DNA from: a virus
Taxonomy: Duplodnaviria; Caudoviricetes
IMG/VR virus record: IMGVR_UViG_3300043220_000046
Span: 1 to 47,565 of that record
Length of the DNA: 47,565 bases
Strand: one strand, 5' to 3'
The notes beneath the pieces were generated by a model, which ran no database searches, was not told the DNA's origin, and worked only from the letters and a program-made list of their open reading frames with translations. The position numbers were made by a program, and so were the translations under genes. Positions 7,872 through 16,958 of this stretch are shown one piece after another. The stretch's first letter is position 1, and every line of letters starts with the position of its first letter.

Positions 7872-8203
7872 GCAAAGCAGAAGTTCTCAGCAAGTCGATC
7901 GGCGGGACCGCGATCAAGGTCACGACGACCAGCGTCTTTCCCATCCACGTCCTCCCGGCGCAGAAGACTCGTGCGCGGATCTGCCTGCAGATCTCGAACA
8001 ACTACGAGACCGCTCACGTCGTGGAGATTCACTTCAACGGGCAGATGTCCGAGATCACCGTTCCGGCGCACGACTCGCGCAACTTCGGTCCTTTTGTTCT
8101 GCACGGCCAGGCCATCGACGGCACCGACCTCCCGAACAAGACCTTGTCGGTCAAGACCAATTGCGCCGATGTGCTCTTCGTCATGGGTGAGGTTTCGGAC
8201 TGA
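7868..8203 (+). CDS. Small beta-rich protein, paralogue of 36170-36547
   Basis: ATGA and TGATG overlaps with neighbours; S.SIGG.A...HV.P motif shared with the paralogue. Confidence 0.8.
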   Translation: MSKAEVLSKSIGGTAIKVTTTSVFPIHVLPAQKTRARICLQISNNYETAHVVEIHFNGQMSEITVPAHDSRNFGPFVLHGQAIDGTDLPNKTLSVKTNCADVLFVMGEVSD

Positions 8204-8952
8204 TGGGCGACCGGCTCGTGACGTTGGCGATGGCGGTCTACGGGCAGCCCAAGATGCTCGAGGTGTGGTTCGACACGCTTCGCAGCTACTCGAAGCCCAT
8301 GCTTGCCAGCATGGAGCTTCTCATCGTTGACGACTGCGGCGATCCTGCCGCGGTCGTCCCTGACGACATCCAGGCGCTGCTACCGTGTCACCTGTTCAGG
8401 GTGACCGAGAACATCCCCTGGAATCAGCCAGGCGCACGCAACCTGGCGCTCGATCACTGCCTCACTGACCTGGTGCTCTTCGTCGACCCCGACATGGTGT
8501 TCCCACTCGGGATGATGACGATGATGCTCGACGCCGGCCTGGCGCTCGAGCGCGGCAACGTGATCCGCTTCCAGTTGAAGCATCGAGGAGGGCGCAACGC
8601 TGGCGCGATCGACCCGAGCTCGCCGAACACCTGGTTCTTGCACGCCAAGGACTTCCTCGAGGTGGGCGGCTACGACGAGGACTACTCGGGCCACAAGGGC
8701 TGGAGCGACGTTCAGCTGCTCGACGTGATGCGGTCCGTCTACAAGATCAGGCACGATCCGAAGTTGCATGCCGACTTCTACAACATCGAGGAGGTCCCGG
8801 ACGCCATGGTGACCACTCTCGACCGCAGCCACCGGGCCAACAAGGCCCAGCGGTTGCTCAAGGTGAAGGAGGCTCGCATGATGGGGGGCTGGCCGAAATG
8901 GATCCAAACTCCGAGAAAGAGGCTTCGGTTCGAATGGCGCAAGCTCCTGTAG
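8203..8952 (+). CDS. Glycosyltransferase family 2/7-like (GT-A fold)
   Basis: LIVDDCG, NQPGARNLAL, FVDPD (DxD) and GGYDEDYSG..SD motifs. Confidence 0.9.
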   Translation: MGDRLVTLAMAVYGQPKMLEVWFDTLRSYSKPMLASMELLIVDDCGDPAAVVPDDIQALLPCHLFRVTENIPWNQPGARNLALDHCLTDLVLFVDPDMVFPLGMMTMMLDAGLALERGNVIRFQLKHRGGRNAGAIDPSSPNTWFLHAKDFLEVGGYDEDYSGHKGWSDVQLLDVMRSVYKIRHDPKLHADFYNIEEVPDAMVTTLDRSHRANKAQRLLKVKEARMMGGWPKWIQTPRKRLRFEWRKLL

Positions 8953-10733
8953 AACTAGGAATCGACGACCTTCGCTCCGAGAGGATCCGTCGGCAGCGCG
9001 AGTGGTATCTGTCCGATGACGGGTTCCTCGACTTCGTGCGCGACAGCGGCGCGGCGCCCGACGCGGTCTACGAACCGCACGGCCGCTATTGCCAGTCCTT
9101 GATCAGCTGGCACTCCACTCCAGACCCAGACGTCGTCGGGGTGTTCCGCTTCAAGGGGAAGCTGGTGCTCTGGCCGCGTGGCTCGTTCAAGAGCCAGGTC
9201 TTCAACGTGGGGCACGTCGCATGGTTGATCGCCCGCGATGCCAACCTCCGAATCCTGGTCACGTCGGAGACGAACAAGCAGGCCATCAAGTTTGTCAAGG
9301 AGACGATGAAGATCGTCGAGTCGGAGTGGTTCAAGGAACTCTTCGGTGATCACACTCAGGGTGAGTGGAAGCCTGGGGCTGGCCTGTTCACGAGCTCGCT
9401 TCGCACGCGCAAGGGCGTCAAGGATCCGACGCTGTGCGCCTCTGGCGTGGGTGAAGTGCAGACCGGCGCGCACTGGGACTTCGTCTTCATGGACGACATC
9501 TGCTCCCAGGAGAACACGAAGACACCTGAAAGCATCGAGGCGCTCTGGAATTGGTTCGGCGAGATCCAAGCACAGTTGGACCCGGGCATCCTCGCTCCAG
9601 ACGGTGTGACGATCTGGGGCGGCAAGCTGTTCATTATCGGCACGCTGCACCACTACAGCGACATCTACTGCCGGCTCATGAAGGACGCTGACATCATCGA
9701 AGGCTTTGAGGTCTCGAAGTTCGGCTGGTCCGATCCGATCGTTGATCCTCGCAAGACAGCGGAAGAAGCGCCGGCCAAGCTGTTCTTCCCTGGTCGTTTG
9801 ACCAGAGCGTTTGTTGGTGAAAAGAAGAACCGATTGCCGCCACGGCTCTACGCCTGCTTCTACGAGAACAGGCCGACGACCGGCGAGCAGCAGCTGTTCA
9901 GGCCCGAGTATTTCCGCACCATCCCGGACGAGAACATCCCGAGCGCGGTCTGGACCTACATCCTCAGCGACTTCGCGTTCATCGCCGACGAGAAGAAGAA
10001 CAAGGGCCGTGCTGATCGCACGGTGTTCTGGGTGGTGAGCATGGACTGCAACCGGGTCGCCTATGTGCGCGACATCGTGATCGGTCGATGGAAGCCGAGC
10101 GACTCCGTGCGCATCGCGTGCGACCTGTGGAACCGCTACCAGTGGGCCAACCTTCACGGGATGACGGTCGAGAAGACGACCTACAACGAGCTCCTCTCGT
10201 CGGTGTTCGAAGAGGTTCGCCGACAGACGCACGTCATGCCGCGGTTCATCTCAATCGGCGGCCGTAGCCAGGAGATCAAGGACATGCGCATCGAGGCCGC
10301 TGAGCCTCGGTGGCGTGGCGGCGACATCTACTTCGCGCAGTCGGTCCGCGACAATTGGCGCAAGTGGAAGCCCATGTTCGACGAGATGACCGAGTGGCCG
10401 TTCTCGTCGCACGACGACGTGCCCGACGCGATCAGCGATCTCGACAAGAAGGACGAGAGCGACCCGCACAACCCGATCTTCTACTGCCCAGCCCCTCCCG
10501 TCGGCTGGGCGCAGCAACCAATCAAGCGATTCCAGCCTGATCTGATCAATGGACAGTTCAACCCTGAGCGCGATTACCCTGCTCGGGAGTTCACCAAGGC
10601 CAACCAGCAAGGTCACGACCTATGGCATCCCTCAGACTCTACGACTCGACACGGCCAGCAAACCGGCCACCCCAGCGAGGACCAAAGCAGTATCTTCCAG
10701 AAGCAACCGCCGCCGCCAACGCGGTGGCCATGA
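8934..10733 (+). CDS. terL: Terminase large subunit
   Basis: Walker A-like PRGSFKS, Walker B FVFMDD, IIGT coupling motif, nuclease HDDVPDA; alternative start at 8898. Confidence 0.92.
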   Translation: MAQAPVELGIDDLRSERIRRQREWYLSDDGFLDFVRDSGAAPDAVYEPHGRYCQSLISWHSTPDPDVVGVFRFKGKLVLWPRGSFKSQVFNVGHVAWLIARDANLRILVTSETNKQAIKFVKETMKIVESEWFKELFGDHTQGEWKPGAGLFTSSLRTRKGVKDPTLCASGVGEVQTGAHWDFVFMDDICSQENTKTPESIEALWNWFGEIQAQLDPGILAPDGVTIWGGKLFIIGTLHHYSDIYCRLMKDADIIEGFEVSKFGWSDPIVDPRKTAEEAPAKLFFPGRLTRAFVGEKKNRLPPRLYACFYENRPTTGEQQLFRPEYFRTIPDENIPSAVWTYILSDFAFIADEKKNKGRADRTVFWVVSMDCNRVAYVRDIVIGRWKPSDSVRIACDLWNRYQWANLHGMTVEKTTYNELLSSVFEEVRRQTHVMPRFISIGGRSQEIKDMRIEAAEPRWRGGDIYFAQSVRDNWRKWKPMFDEMTEWPFSSHDDVPDAISDLDKKDESDPHNPIFYCPAPPVGWAQQPIKRFQPDLINGQFNPERDYPAREFTKANQQGHDLWHPSDSTTRHGQQTGHPSEDQSSIFQKQPPPPTRWP

Positions 10734-11128
10734 TCCTGGTCGAGAAGTATGGGCAGCAGCAGTGGATCCTGCAGTGCATGAACGGCATTCAGGAGTGCGT
10801 CCAGAACAGCGTGCAGATGTTGTCGGGCGCCGCTCCGGTGCACAACGCGGTCGGTCTAGCGCAGGGTGGTCGATACACTCATCCGGCGCGCACGGCCGCT
10901 GAGATTCAGGCAACGCAAGAGCAGGCGGCCGTCGCTGGGATGGTCTCGCCGGCGGCACCAGGTCAGGCCGTCGCGGCCGGCCAGGCGGAGCAAGCCCTTG
11001 CCGATGGTCAACTGGATATGTTCGCGCTTCTGCAGAAGCAGGCTGGCCTGCAGGATCCCGCGTCACAAGGAATGCCAGCCCAGGAAGCGCCAGTGAATGA
11101 GCCCGGAAGCGACGAGTGGATCCTTTGA
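10730..11128 (+). CDS. Hypothetical Gln/Ala-rich protein (132 aa)
   Basis: ATGA overlap with terL stop. Confidence 0.75.
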   Translation: MILVEKYGQQQWILQCMNGIQECVQNSVQMLSGAAPVHNAVGLAQGGRYTHPARTAAEIQATQEQAAVAGMVSPAAPGQAVAAGQAEQALADGQLDMFALLQKQAGLQDPASQGMPAQEAPVNEPGSDEWIL

Positions 11129-11309
11129 GTGTCGGCAGTGCGGACGCTCGCTGAAGACTGTGGTCGGTGGGCAGACGTGGTTCTGCTCGAAGGCCTGCAA
11201 CAAGAAATACGTGGCCAAGAAGGCCAAGGAGGGCATGCGTGCTCGATATCATCATCCCGGCGCACAAGCCGAACTACGTCCGCCTCGCGTATCGAGGTCT
11301 GAATCCTAA
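11097..11309 (+). CDS. Small zinc-finger protein (CxxC...FCSxxC)
   Basis: CRQCGR...WFCSKAC; covers the gap between flanking genes but overlaps both. Confidence 0.6.
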   Translation: MSPEATSGSFECRQCGRSLKTVVGGQTWFCSKACNKKYVAKKAKEGMRARYHHPGAQAELRPPRVSRSES

Positions 11310-11886
11310 CGGTGCTCTGACAACGAGCACGATCCTCGGATCCCTGCCCTCAGCGGTTGGTCGGGTTCCGGTTGCTGGCAAGGTGATCCTCTCCCTCGAG
11401 GGTGGCAAGCATCAGGACTTCGAGGCGGCCGAGGCCTACCTGTCAACGCAGAACCTGGCCTGGCAGGTCGTTCACTCGAGCGAGGTCACTGGCTACTACC
11501 AGGCGCTCATGCGCGGCCTCGAGCGAGCTACATCCCCACTCGTGGCGGTGGTGCCGCCCTGGGTGGAGATCACGGACGACCTGTGGGTTCAGCGCATGAC
11601 CTGGCCGATGACCAAGGACACGACCGCCCTACTCTGCGGGACCTGGGGTGAGCCTGGCCCGGCGAGGGACCTGGCCCCGCACATCGTCAAAAGGCGCGTC
11701 TGGCCAGGTGGCGATGCGTTCATCGCTCGCCGGGAGGCGCTCACTGACATCTTGCGAATGTCGACGGCAGACAATTTCCGCGAGTCCCTCGCCGGCGCGA
11801 ATGGCTGGCAACTCTGGGCGCACCCTGGGATTCGGTTCAAGGTCCTCGAGCACGAGCAGCATGAAGCAAAGCAGACGACTCGGTAG
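11239..11886 (+). CDS. Degenerate GT2-like (GT-A fold) protein lacking DxD
   Basis: AAGGAGG then GTG; DIIIPAH start and GYYQALMRGLERATSPLVAVV match GT2 layout, but PPW replaces DxD. Confidence 0.65.
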   Translation: MLDIIIPAHKPNYVRLAYRGLNPNGALTTSTILGSLPSAVGRVPVAGKVILSLEGGKHQDFEAAEAYLSTQNLAWQVVHSSEVTGYYQALMRGLERATSPLVAVVPPWVEITDDLWVQRMTWPMTKDTTALLCGTWGEPGPARDLAPHIVKRRVWPGGDAFIARREALTDILRMSTADNFRESLAGANGWQLWAHPGIRFKVLEHEQHEAKQTTR

Positions 11887-13237
11887 CCGCTCGAGCGACA
11901 CGGTGAGGGTCGCGATCGCCGACGACTCACGGCTCATGTTCTCGGACGACTTTCGCGAGGGATGGGCGTGGGGCTTCACGGCTCTCGGTTGTGAAGTGCA
12001 ATCCTTCGACGTCGCCGAGCTCCGGAAAGGCCTCTCGCTGGGCGCGAGCTCGAGCGTTCTCTCGATGGGTCGCAACCAGGCGGCGAAACCTCTCGGCGAC
12101 ATGATCGCCAACTGGGGCCCCGACATCGTCTTCGCTCACCACGGCCGCGCGGCGTCGAACCCGATGTTCCTGGATCGACTCAGAGCTCGAGGCATCAAGG
12201 TAGCGACCTACCTCTGCGACGAGCCCTACGAGACCGGCGAGACTGCCCTATACAGCCCTTCGTTCGACTTGGTCTTCACGATGGACCCCTGCACCGTCGA
12301 GGCCCATAGGCGGTCGCGTGCGGATCGCAAGGGTGTCTTCTACCTGCCGCCCGGCGTGCACACCGACCACTTCAAGCCGCGGCCCTACTTCGATGAGGAC
12401 GGCCATCAGGTCCGCGAGCTCTCAGCCCTCTTCATCGGCAACGGAACGCTTGTCCCGAGGCTCGACTACTTCGAGCCGGTCAACCGGATCGTCGCGGGGG
12501 CCTGCTTCCAGTATCTGCGCAAGGCCGTGTCGAAGGCTCACAAGCGGGAGTGGATCCCCTACTACAAGCACCCGCACTGGTATAGCAACTGCAGGGTTGG
12601 CCTCAACGTCCATCGGGCGCCGTGGATCACCAAGGAATGCTTCCGGGACCGCGTCACCAATCGATACGCCTCAGCCCCTGTTCCCGCCGGCTTCAAGATC
12701 CCGCACACACCTCCCCCGCAAGGCTGGGGGACGGGCTTCTGGAATGACGGGAACCTGCCGGCGGCGCACATCAATCCGCGCTTCCTCGAAATGGCGGCGT
12801 GCGGAACGCTGGTCGTCAGCGACAACCATCGGAGCGAGCTCGCTCGGATGTTCCCAGGAGCGCCGCAGGCGAGCGATCCAGATCACTACCTCGAGCTCGT
12901 GCTCTACTACCTCGAACACCCAGAAGAAGCTGAGGCGATCGGCGAGAAATGCTCCTACCTGATTTCAAAGCGGCACAGCTACAAGCACCGAGCCGCGGAG
13001 GTTCTAGTCCGTGCTGGCTTGCAGGACTCGCTGCCGGCCGCTCAGTTTTCATCCTTGGGGCTGCCGGAGGACTGGTTGACTCTCCAGGACTTGCCTTCGC
13101 TCGGGATCAACTCGTCATCGGAACCAACTGGACCCTCCGAGCGTTGGAGCCCTCGATTTGGCATGTCGTGGACCGAGCGGTCTATGATGCCGAGCGACAT
13201 GCAATCGGTGGATGCTCCGACGCCCTGGTTGTTGTAG
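11861..13237 (+). CDS. CgeB/YkvP-family glycosyltransferase (GT-B)
   Basis: DEPYE, FDLVFT, NPRFLEMAACG, YYLEHPEEAEAIG and HSYKHRA motifs. Confidence 0.88.
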   Translation: MKQSRRLGSRSSDTVRVAIADDSRLMFSDDFREGWAWGFTALGCEVQSFDVAELRKGLSLGASSSVLSMGRNQAAKPLGDMIANWGPDIVFAHHGRAASNPMFLDRLRARGIKVATYLCDEPYETGETALYSPSFDLVFTMDPCTVEAHRRSRADRKGVFYLPPGVHTDHFKPRPYFDEDGHQVRELSALFIGNGTLVPRLDYFEPVNRIVAGACFQYLRKAVSKAHKREWIPYYKHPHWYSNCRVGLNVHRAPWITKECFRDRVTNRYASAPVPAGFKIPHTPPPQGWGTGFWNDGNLPAAHINPRFLEMAACGTLVVSDNHRSELARMFPGAPQASDPDHYLELVLYYLEHPEEAEAIGEKCSYLISKRHSYKHRAAEVLVRAGLQDSLPAAQFSSLGLPEDWLTLQDLPSLGINSSSEPTGPSERWSPRFGMSWTERSMMPSDMQSVDAPTPWLL

Positions 13238-13758
13238 CGAACAAGGGAATCTTCGGTCAGGGCGCGTTCTCGATGCGTGGCGCGGCCTTGGCTCGGATGA
13301 TCGGGTCGAAGAAGATCAATCCCTACCAGATCACGATCGCCAAGGCGAAGGGGACGGTCCTGTGCCCGGACGGGGTCAGGCGCAACGGGATCACCGACCC
13401 CTACATGCCTGAGGACCTGGAGGCGGAGTTTCACCCAGGGGGGAACTCGCTCTGCTACACGATCCAGACGGCGCACCTGATGGGGTCTAAGGACATCCTC
13501 TGCATGGGTTTCACGCTCAAGAGCGGTGGCCGCTACTTCTTCGGCACGGAGAAGAATCCGATCACCAAGAGGGCTTCGATCTACGACACTCACCGTGCGC
13601 TTGGCTGGCTGTCCTGGTATGAATCCCAGTGGCCGGGCCGGGCTCGCCTGATGGAAGGCTGGGGCGGACCCGTCTACGACGTGTTGCAACAGGTGACCCA
13701 CGAAGAGCTTCGAGAGCAATTCGGGGGACCGAAGCCTGAACAGGAGTGGATCGTCTAA
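12949..13758 (+). CDS. Maf/MptE-like (DUF115-type) glycosyltransferase-like protein
   Basis: GRSVFILGA, VIGTN and GGNS..TIQTAHLMGSKDILCMGF motifs. Confidence 0.75.
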   Translation: MLLPDFKAAQLQAPSRGGSSPCWLAGLAAGRSVFILGAAGGLVDSPGLAFARDQLVIGTNWTLRALEPSIWHVVDRAVYDAERHAIGGCSDALVVVANKGIFGQGAFSMRGAALARMIGSKKINPYQITIAKAKGTVLCPDGVRRNGITDPYMPEDLEAEFHPGGNSLCYTIQTAHLMGSKDILCMGFTLKSGGRYFFGTEKNPITKRASIYDTHRALGWLSWYESQWPGRARLMEGWGGPVYDVLQQVTHEELREQFGGPKPEQEWIV

Positions 13759-16175
13759 TGGGTGATCGTGGCGGACTGGATGGGTTGACGATCTCGAAGG
13801 ACGTAGGAACCTCGGCGCGAGCTCGCGGCCTGGGGACCTACACGAAACGGGAGGGGGTAGAACCAAACTTCAAGCCCTACGACCTGGTCGAGCAGGGCGC
13901 CGGCGACTCCACCCCGGAGCGGTCGGCCAGGCTTTACGCGGAGTCGGTCGGCTACAAGAATCTCGCAGGCAACAACAGCGTGACGGAGCGCGCGAAGTAT
14001 GCCGTGCAGGTAGGGCTCAAGGACGTCTTCAACGTCATGGAGTTCTTGCGCAACAAGTGGCTCATCCTCTACCGGCTCTACCGCGGTGAGTCGGTGAACG
14101 AGTTCAGCTACGGCCGACTCCCCCTGCACAGCCCTGAGCCCTACAAGATTGTCGAGACGATTCAACCGCAGATCTTCCGGACGCTGTTCGGCAGCGATCA
14201 GTGGTTCAGGCTCTACGCGGAAGCGATGGAGCACGACGACAACTCGAAGTCCCAAGAGGCTCTTTGTCGCAAGCAGATCAGGGCGATGAAACACGGGCAG
14301 AAGGCCTCTCGAGGGATTCGGGACGGCCTGATTTACGGGACCCAGATTCAAAAGCTCTGGTGGAAGCAGGAGATCGGGGAGATGAAGCGACGGGTCGGCA
14401 AGCGCATCGCCGATCCGAACATTCCTGGCGGCACAAAAGTCGAGCTCGAGGAGGTCAAGACTGATGAGTTCACCTTCGACGGGAACTACATGGAGAACGT
14501 CTCGATCTTCGACTTCCTGACGTCGCCGAACGCAAGCGATATCAACGATGCGGAGTGGTGTGCCGATCGGTCGATGTGGCCTGACTACAAAGTCAAGGAA
14601 ATGGCCGAGCTCGGGCACTGGACGAACATCGAGAAGCTCCGCGACTACGCTGGATCGAAGGACTCATCTTTCGGTGACGAGTTCAAGGAGAGGAAGAGCT
14701 ACGCCTACGGGGTCTTCGATCCGCGCGAGGCTTCGAATGCTCCGCACATCCCGCACTACGAGGTCGTCGATTGGTGGGGTCCCCTCGTCGTCAAGGAGGA
14801 GGACGGGTCCTACGTGACCAAGCAATGCAACGTGGTCATGATCGAGCCGGAGTCGCTCGGTCTGATCGTGCGCATCACAGAGAACCCGTATTGGCACAAG
14901 CAGAAGCCTTACCAGGCGTGGAAGCCGATCGATCTCGAGGACGAGTTCTACGGCATCGGTGCGATCGAGATGATCGCCAGGCTCTCGCGCGAGAAGGACG
15001 TCAAGCGACAGCTTCTCATGGCCGCAACGCAACTCGAAGCGAACCCGATGTTCGAGGTCAGTGACCAGGCGAACATTCCGGACGGCCAACTGATCCTGCA
15101 GCCAGGCTTGTGCTTGCGCGTGCCGGTAGTCGGCAAGTCGATTGCCCCGATTCACGTCCCGAAGGTCAGTGACGCGGCGCTCAAGGCTGAGAACCAGTTG
15201 ACGGTCGACATCCGCGAGACGGCCGGCACGAGCTCGCCGACCATGGGGGCGCAGGATCCATTCGGGACGAGCGGCAAGACGGCTACTCAGCACACCAGCG
15301 AGATCGACCAGGGCAAGCTGCGTATCTCGCCGATGATCGCCAACTACGAGATGCAGATGGTTGAGCCGATGCTCGATCAGATGACTTGGAACAACCAGCA
15401 ATTCCTCAGCTACGAGCAGGTCATCAGGGAAACCGGATCGGCGGGTCTCAACTACACCGATCGCTACACGGTTGGCCCCGAGCAGTTGATCGGAAAGTTC
15501 ATCGTGCAGCCCCTGGCTTCGTTCAAGCTGTTGACCAAGCAAACGCAGGTCCAGCAGCTGGTGAACCTGCTAGACCGGATCCCGATCTTCGCGCAGACCT
15601 ACGGGCCGAATTCGATCAAGGGCCCCGCGCTCCTCGCTCACGTCCTCGAGTTCGGGTTCGACATTCGGAACGCGGCCGACTTCGTTCAGGTCCCACCGGA
15701 CGAATCAGACCTGCTGAGCGGCCTGCAGGAGCAGGAGCTCTGGTATCACTCGAAGGTCCCTCCAGTCAGGGCCGACGACAACCATCTTCGGCACGCCCTC
15801 ATGCACCTCGAGGAACTCAAGGGCGAGCGATTCGAGAAGCTGTTCCAGCACGATCCTGGCACGGCGGCCCGGGCTCGAGCTCACGTCGCCGAGCATATGC
15901 AGATCCTGGCGATCACTCAGGAGCAGCAGGAAAAACAGATCATGGACATGCAGCAGGTGGCGACGTCGATGCAGATCCAACCACCCCAGTCGATCGGTGG
16001 TCATGGTGTCGACGGCGCCGCGGTCAGCATCCCTGGCGCGGGAACACCCACGCAACAGCCAGGCTCTCCGAAGGTCCGCAAGAACGAGCTCGAGCGTGGT
16101 GAAGGCAACAGCGCGGCGACGTCCGAAGCGAAGTCGGCGGCTACTCAGAACGCTCCAAACCCAGGTGCCCAGTGA
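13758..16175 (+). CDS. Portal protein (P22/SU10-like)
   Basis: ~805 aa; EFYGIG..E, KTAT motif, Q-rich C-terminal tail; precedes scaffold and capsid genes. Confidence 0.9.
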   Translation: MGDRGGLDGLTISKDVGTSARARGLGTYTKREGVEPNFKPYDLVEQGAGDSTPERSARLYAESVGYKNLAGNNSVTERAKYAVQVGLKDVFNVMEFLRNKWLILYRLYRGESVNEFSYGRLPLHSPEPYKIVETIQPQIFRTLFGSDQWFRLYAEAMEHDDNSKSQEALCRKQIRAMKHGQKASRGIRDGLIYGTQIQKLWWKQEIGEMKRRVGKRIADPNIPGGTKVELEEVKTDEFTFDGNYMENVSIFDFLTSPNASDINDAEWCADRSMWPDYKVKEMAELGHWTNIEKLRDYAGSKDSSFGDEFKERKSYAYGVFDPREASNAPHIPHYEVVDWWGPLVVKEEDGSYVTKQCNVVMIEPESLGLIVRITENPYWHKQKPYQAWKPIDLEDEFYGIGAIEMIARLSREKDVKRQLLMAATQLEANPMFEVSDQANIPDGQLILQPGLCLRVPVVGKSIAPIHVPKVSDAALKAENQLTVDIRETAGTSSPTMGAQDPFGTSGKTATQHTSEIDQGKLRISPMIANYEMQMVEPMLDQMTWNNQQFLSYEQVIRETGSAGLNYTDRYTVGPEQLIGKFIVQPLASFKLLTKQTQVQQLVNLLDRIPIFAQTYGPNSIKGPALLAHVLEFGFDIRNAADFVQVPPDESDLLSGLQEQELWYHSKVPPVRADDNHLRHALMHLEELKGERFEKLFQHDPGTAARARAHVAEHMQILAITQEQQEKQIMDMQQVATSMQIQPPQSIGGHGVDGAAVSIPGAGTPTQQPGSPKVRKNELERGEGNSAATSEAKSAATQNAPNPGAQ

Positions 16176-16585
16176 CCCAGATCAGCGACAAGCTCACCCC
16201 GTCCGACGACTTCTGGAGCCAAAAAGCTCAGGAGAAGTCCTACAGGGACCAACTCGATTCTCAGATTTCCAACCTCAAGGGCGCGGTCAACTTGGCGTCC
16301 AAGATCCTGGCTCTAAAGGGGAATGCGGGCTGGTCCGAGTTCCAGAAGGCGATCGAGGACTGCCGCGCCTACCGCCGCGTGGAGCTTGAGCTCTCGACGG
16401 GAACTGATGCGGAGCTTAGGATTCTGCAGGGTCGATGCCGTGAGCTTGGAGCAATCCTGTCTCTCATGACGGAGACCGAGAAGAACACCGAGACTCTGGC
16501 GACCCGTCTCCGGGGTCTCACGGAAGAGCGCGAAGCGTTCGTTCGACCAGACGGGAAAGTGCAACCTCGAGGACTCCAGACATGA
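16172..16585 (+). CDS. Helical protein typical of the post-portal position
   Basis: GTGA overlap; GW..F...LQGR pattern. Confidence 0.8.
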   Translation: MTQISDKLTPSDDFWSQKAQEKSYRDQLDSQISNLKGAVNLASKILALKGNAGWSEFQKAIEDCRAYRRVELELSTGTDAELRILQGRCRELGAILSLMTETEKNTETLATRLRGLTEEREAFVRPDGKVQPRGLQT

Positions 16586-16806
16586 ACAACTCCACCCCAG
16601 GGGCCATCAAGGCCAAGCAGGGCGACAACGCCTGCGTTCTGAGCCGTAGCGAGGGCTATCGGAAGACCGAAGCTGCGATGGGCAGCAAGACCCGCTCGCG
16701 CCACAAGGGCACCGACCTTCACAACAAGTGGGGCCCGGTCCCTGGTGACGGCATGGGCGGCAACGTCAAGGGCTACAGCGACCACGGGAGCAAGCACAGC
16801 TACTAA
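16582..16806 (+). CDS. Small basic Gly/Lys/His-rich protein (74 aa)
   Basis: ATGA overlap; typical codon usage. Confidence 0.75.
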   Translation: MNNSTPGAIKAKQGDNACVLSRSEGYRKTEAAMGSKTRSRHKGTDLHNKWGPVPGDGMGGNVKGYSDHGSKHSY

Positions 16807-16813
16807 GGCATAG

Positions 16814-16948
16814 CGGTTCCGGCCGGACTCCGGGCACCGTGGCTCTTGTGCAGTAGAGCCTGGCTGGCGGACTACCGTCACCATTGCGTTGTAGGCCGAG
16901 TCGCGCCGGCACCCCCTGCGCTGAATCAGAGACGGAAGTCGCGCACCG
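16814..16948 (+). promoter_or_regulatory. Structured leader upstream of scaffold gene
   Basis: Three adjacent hairpins (16814-16883), then two hairpins with AGTCGCGC in the loop (16899, 16937). Confidence 0.45.
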
Positions 16949-16958
16949 CCGAACGAAG

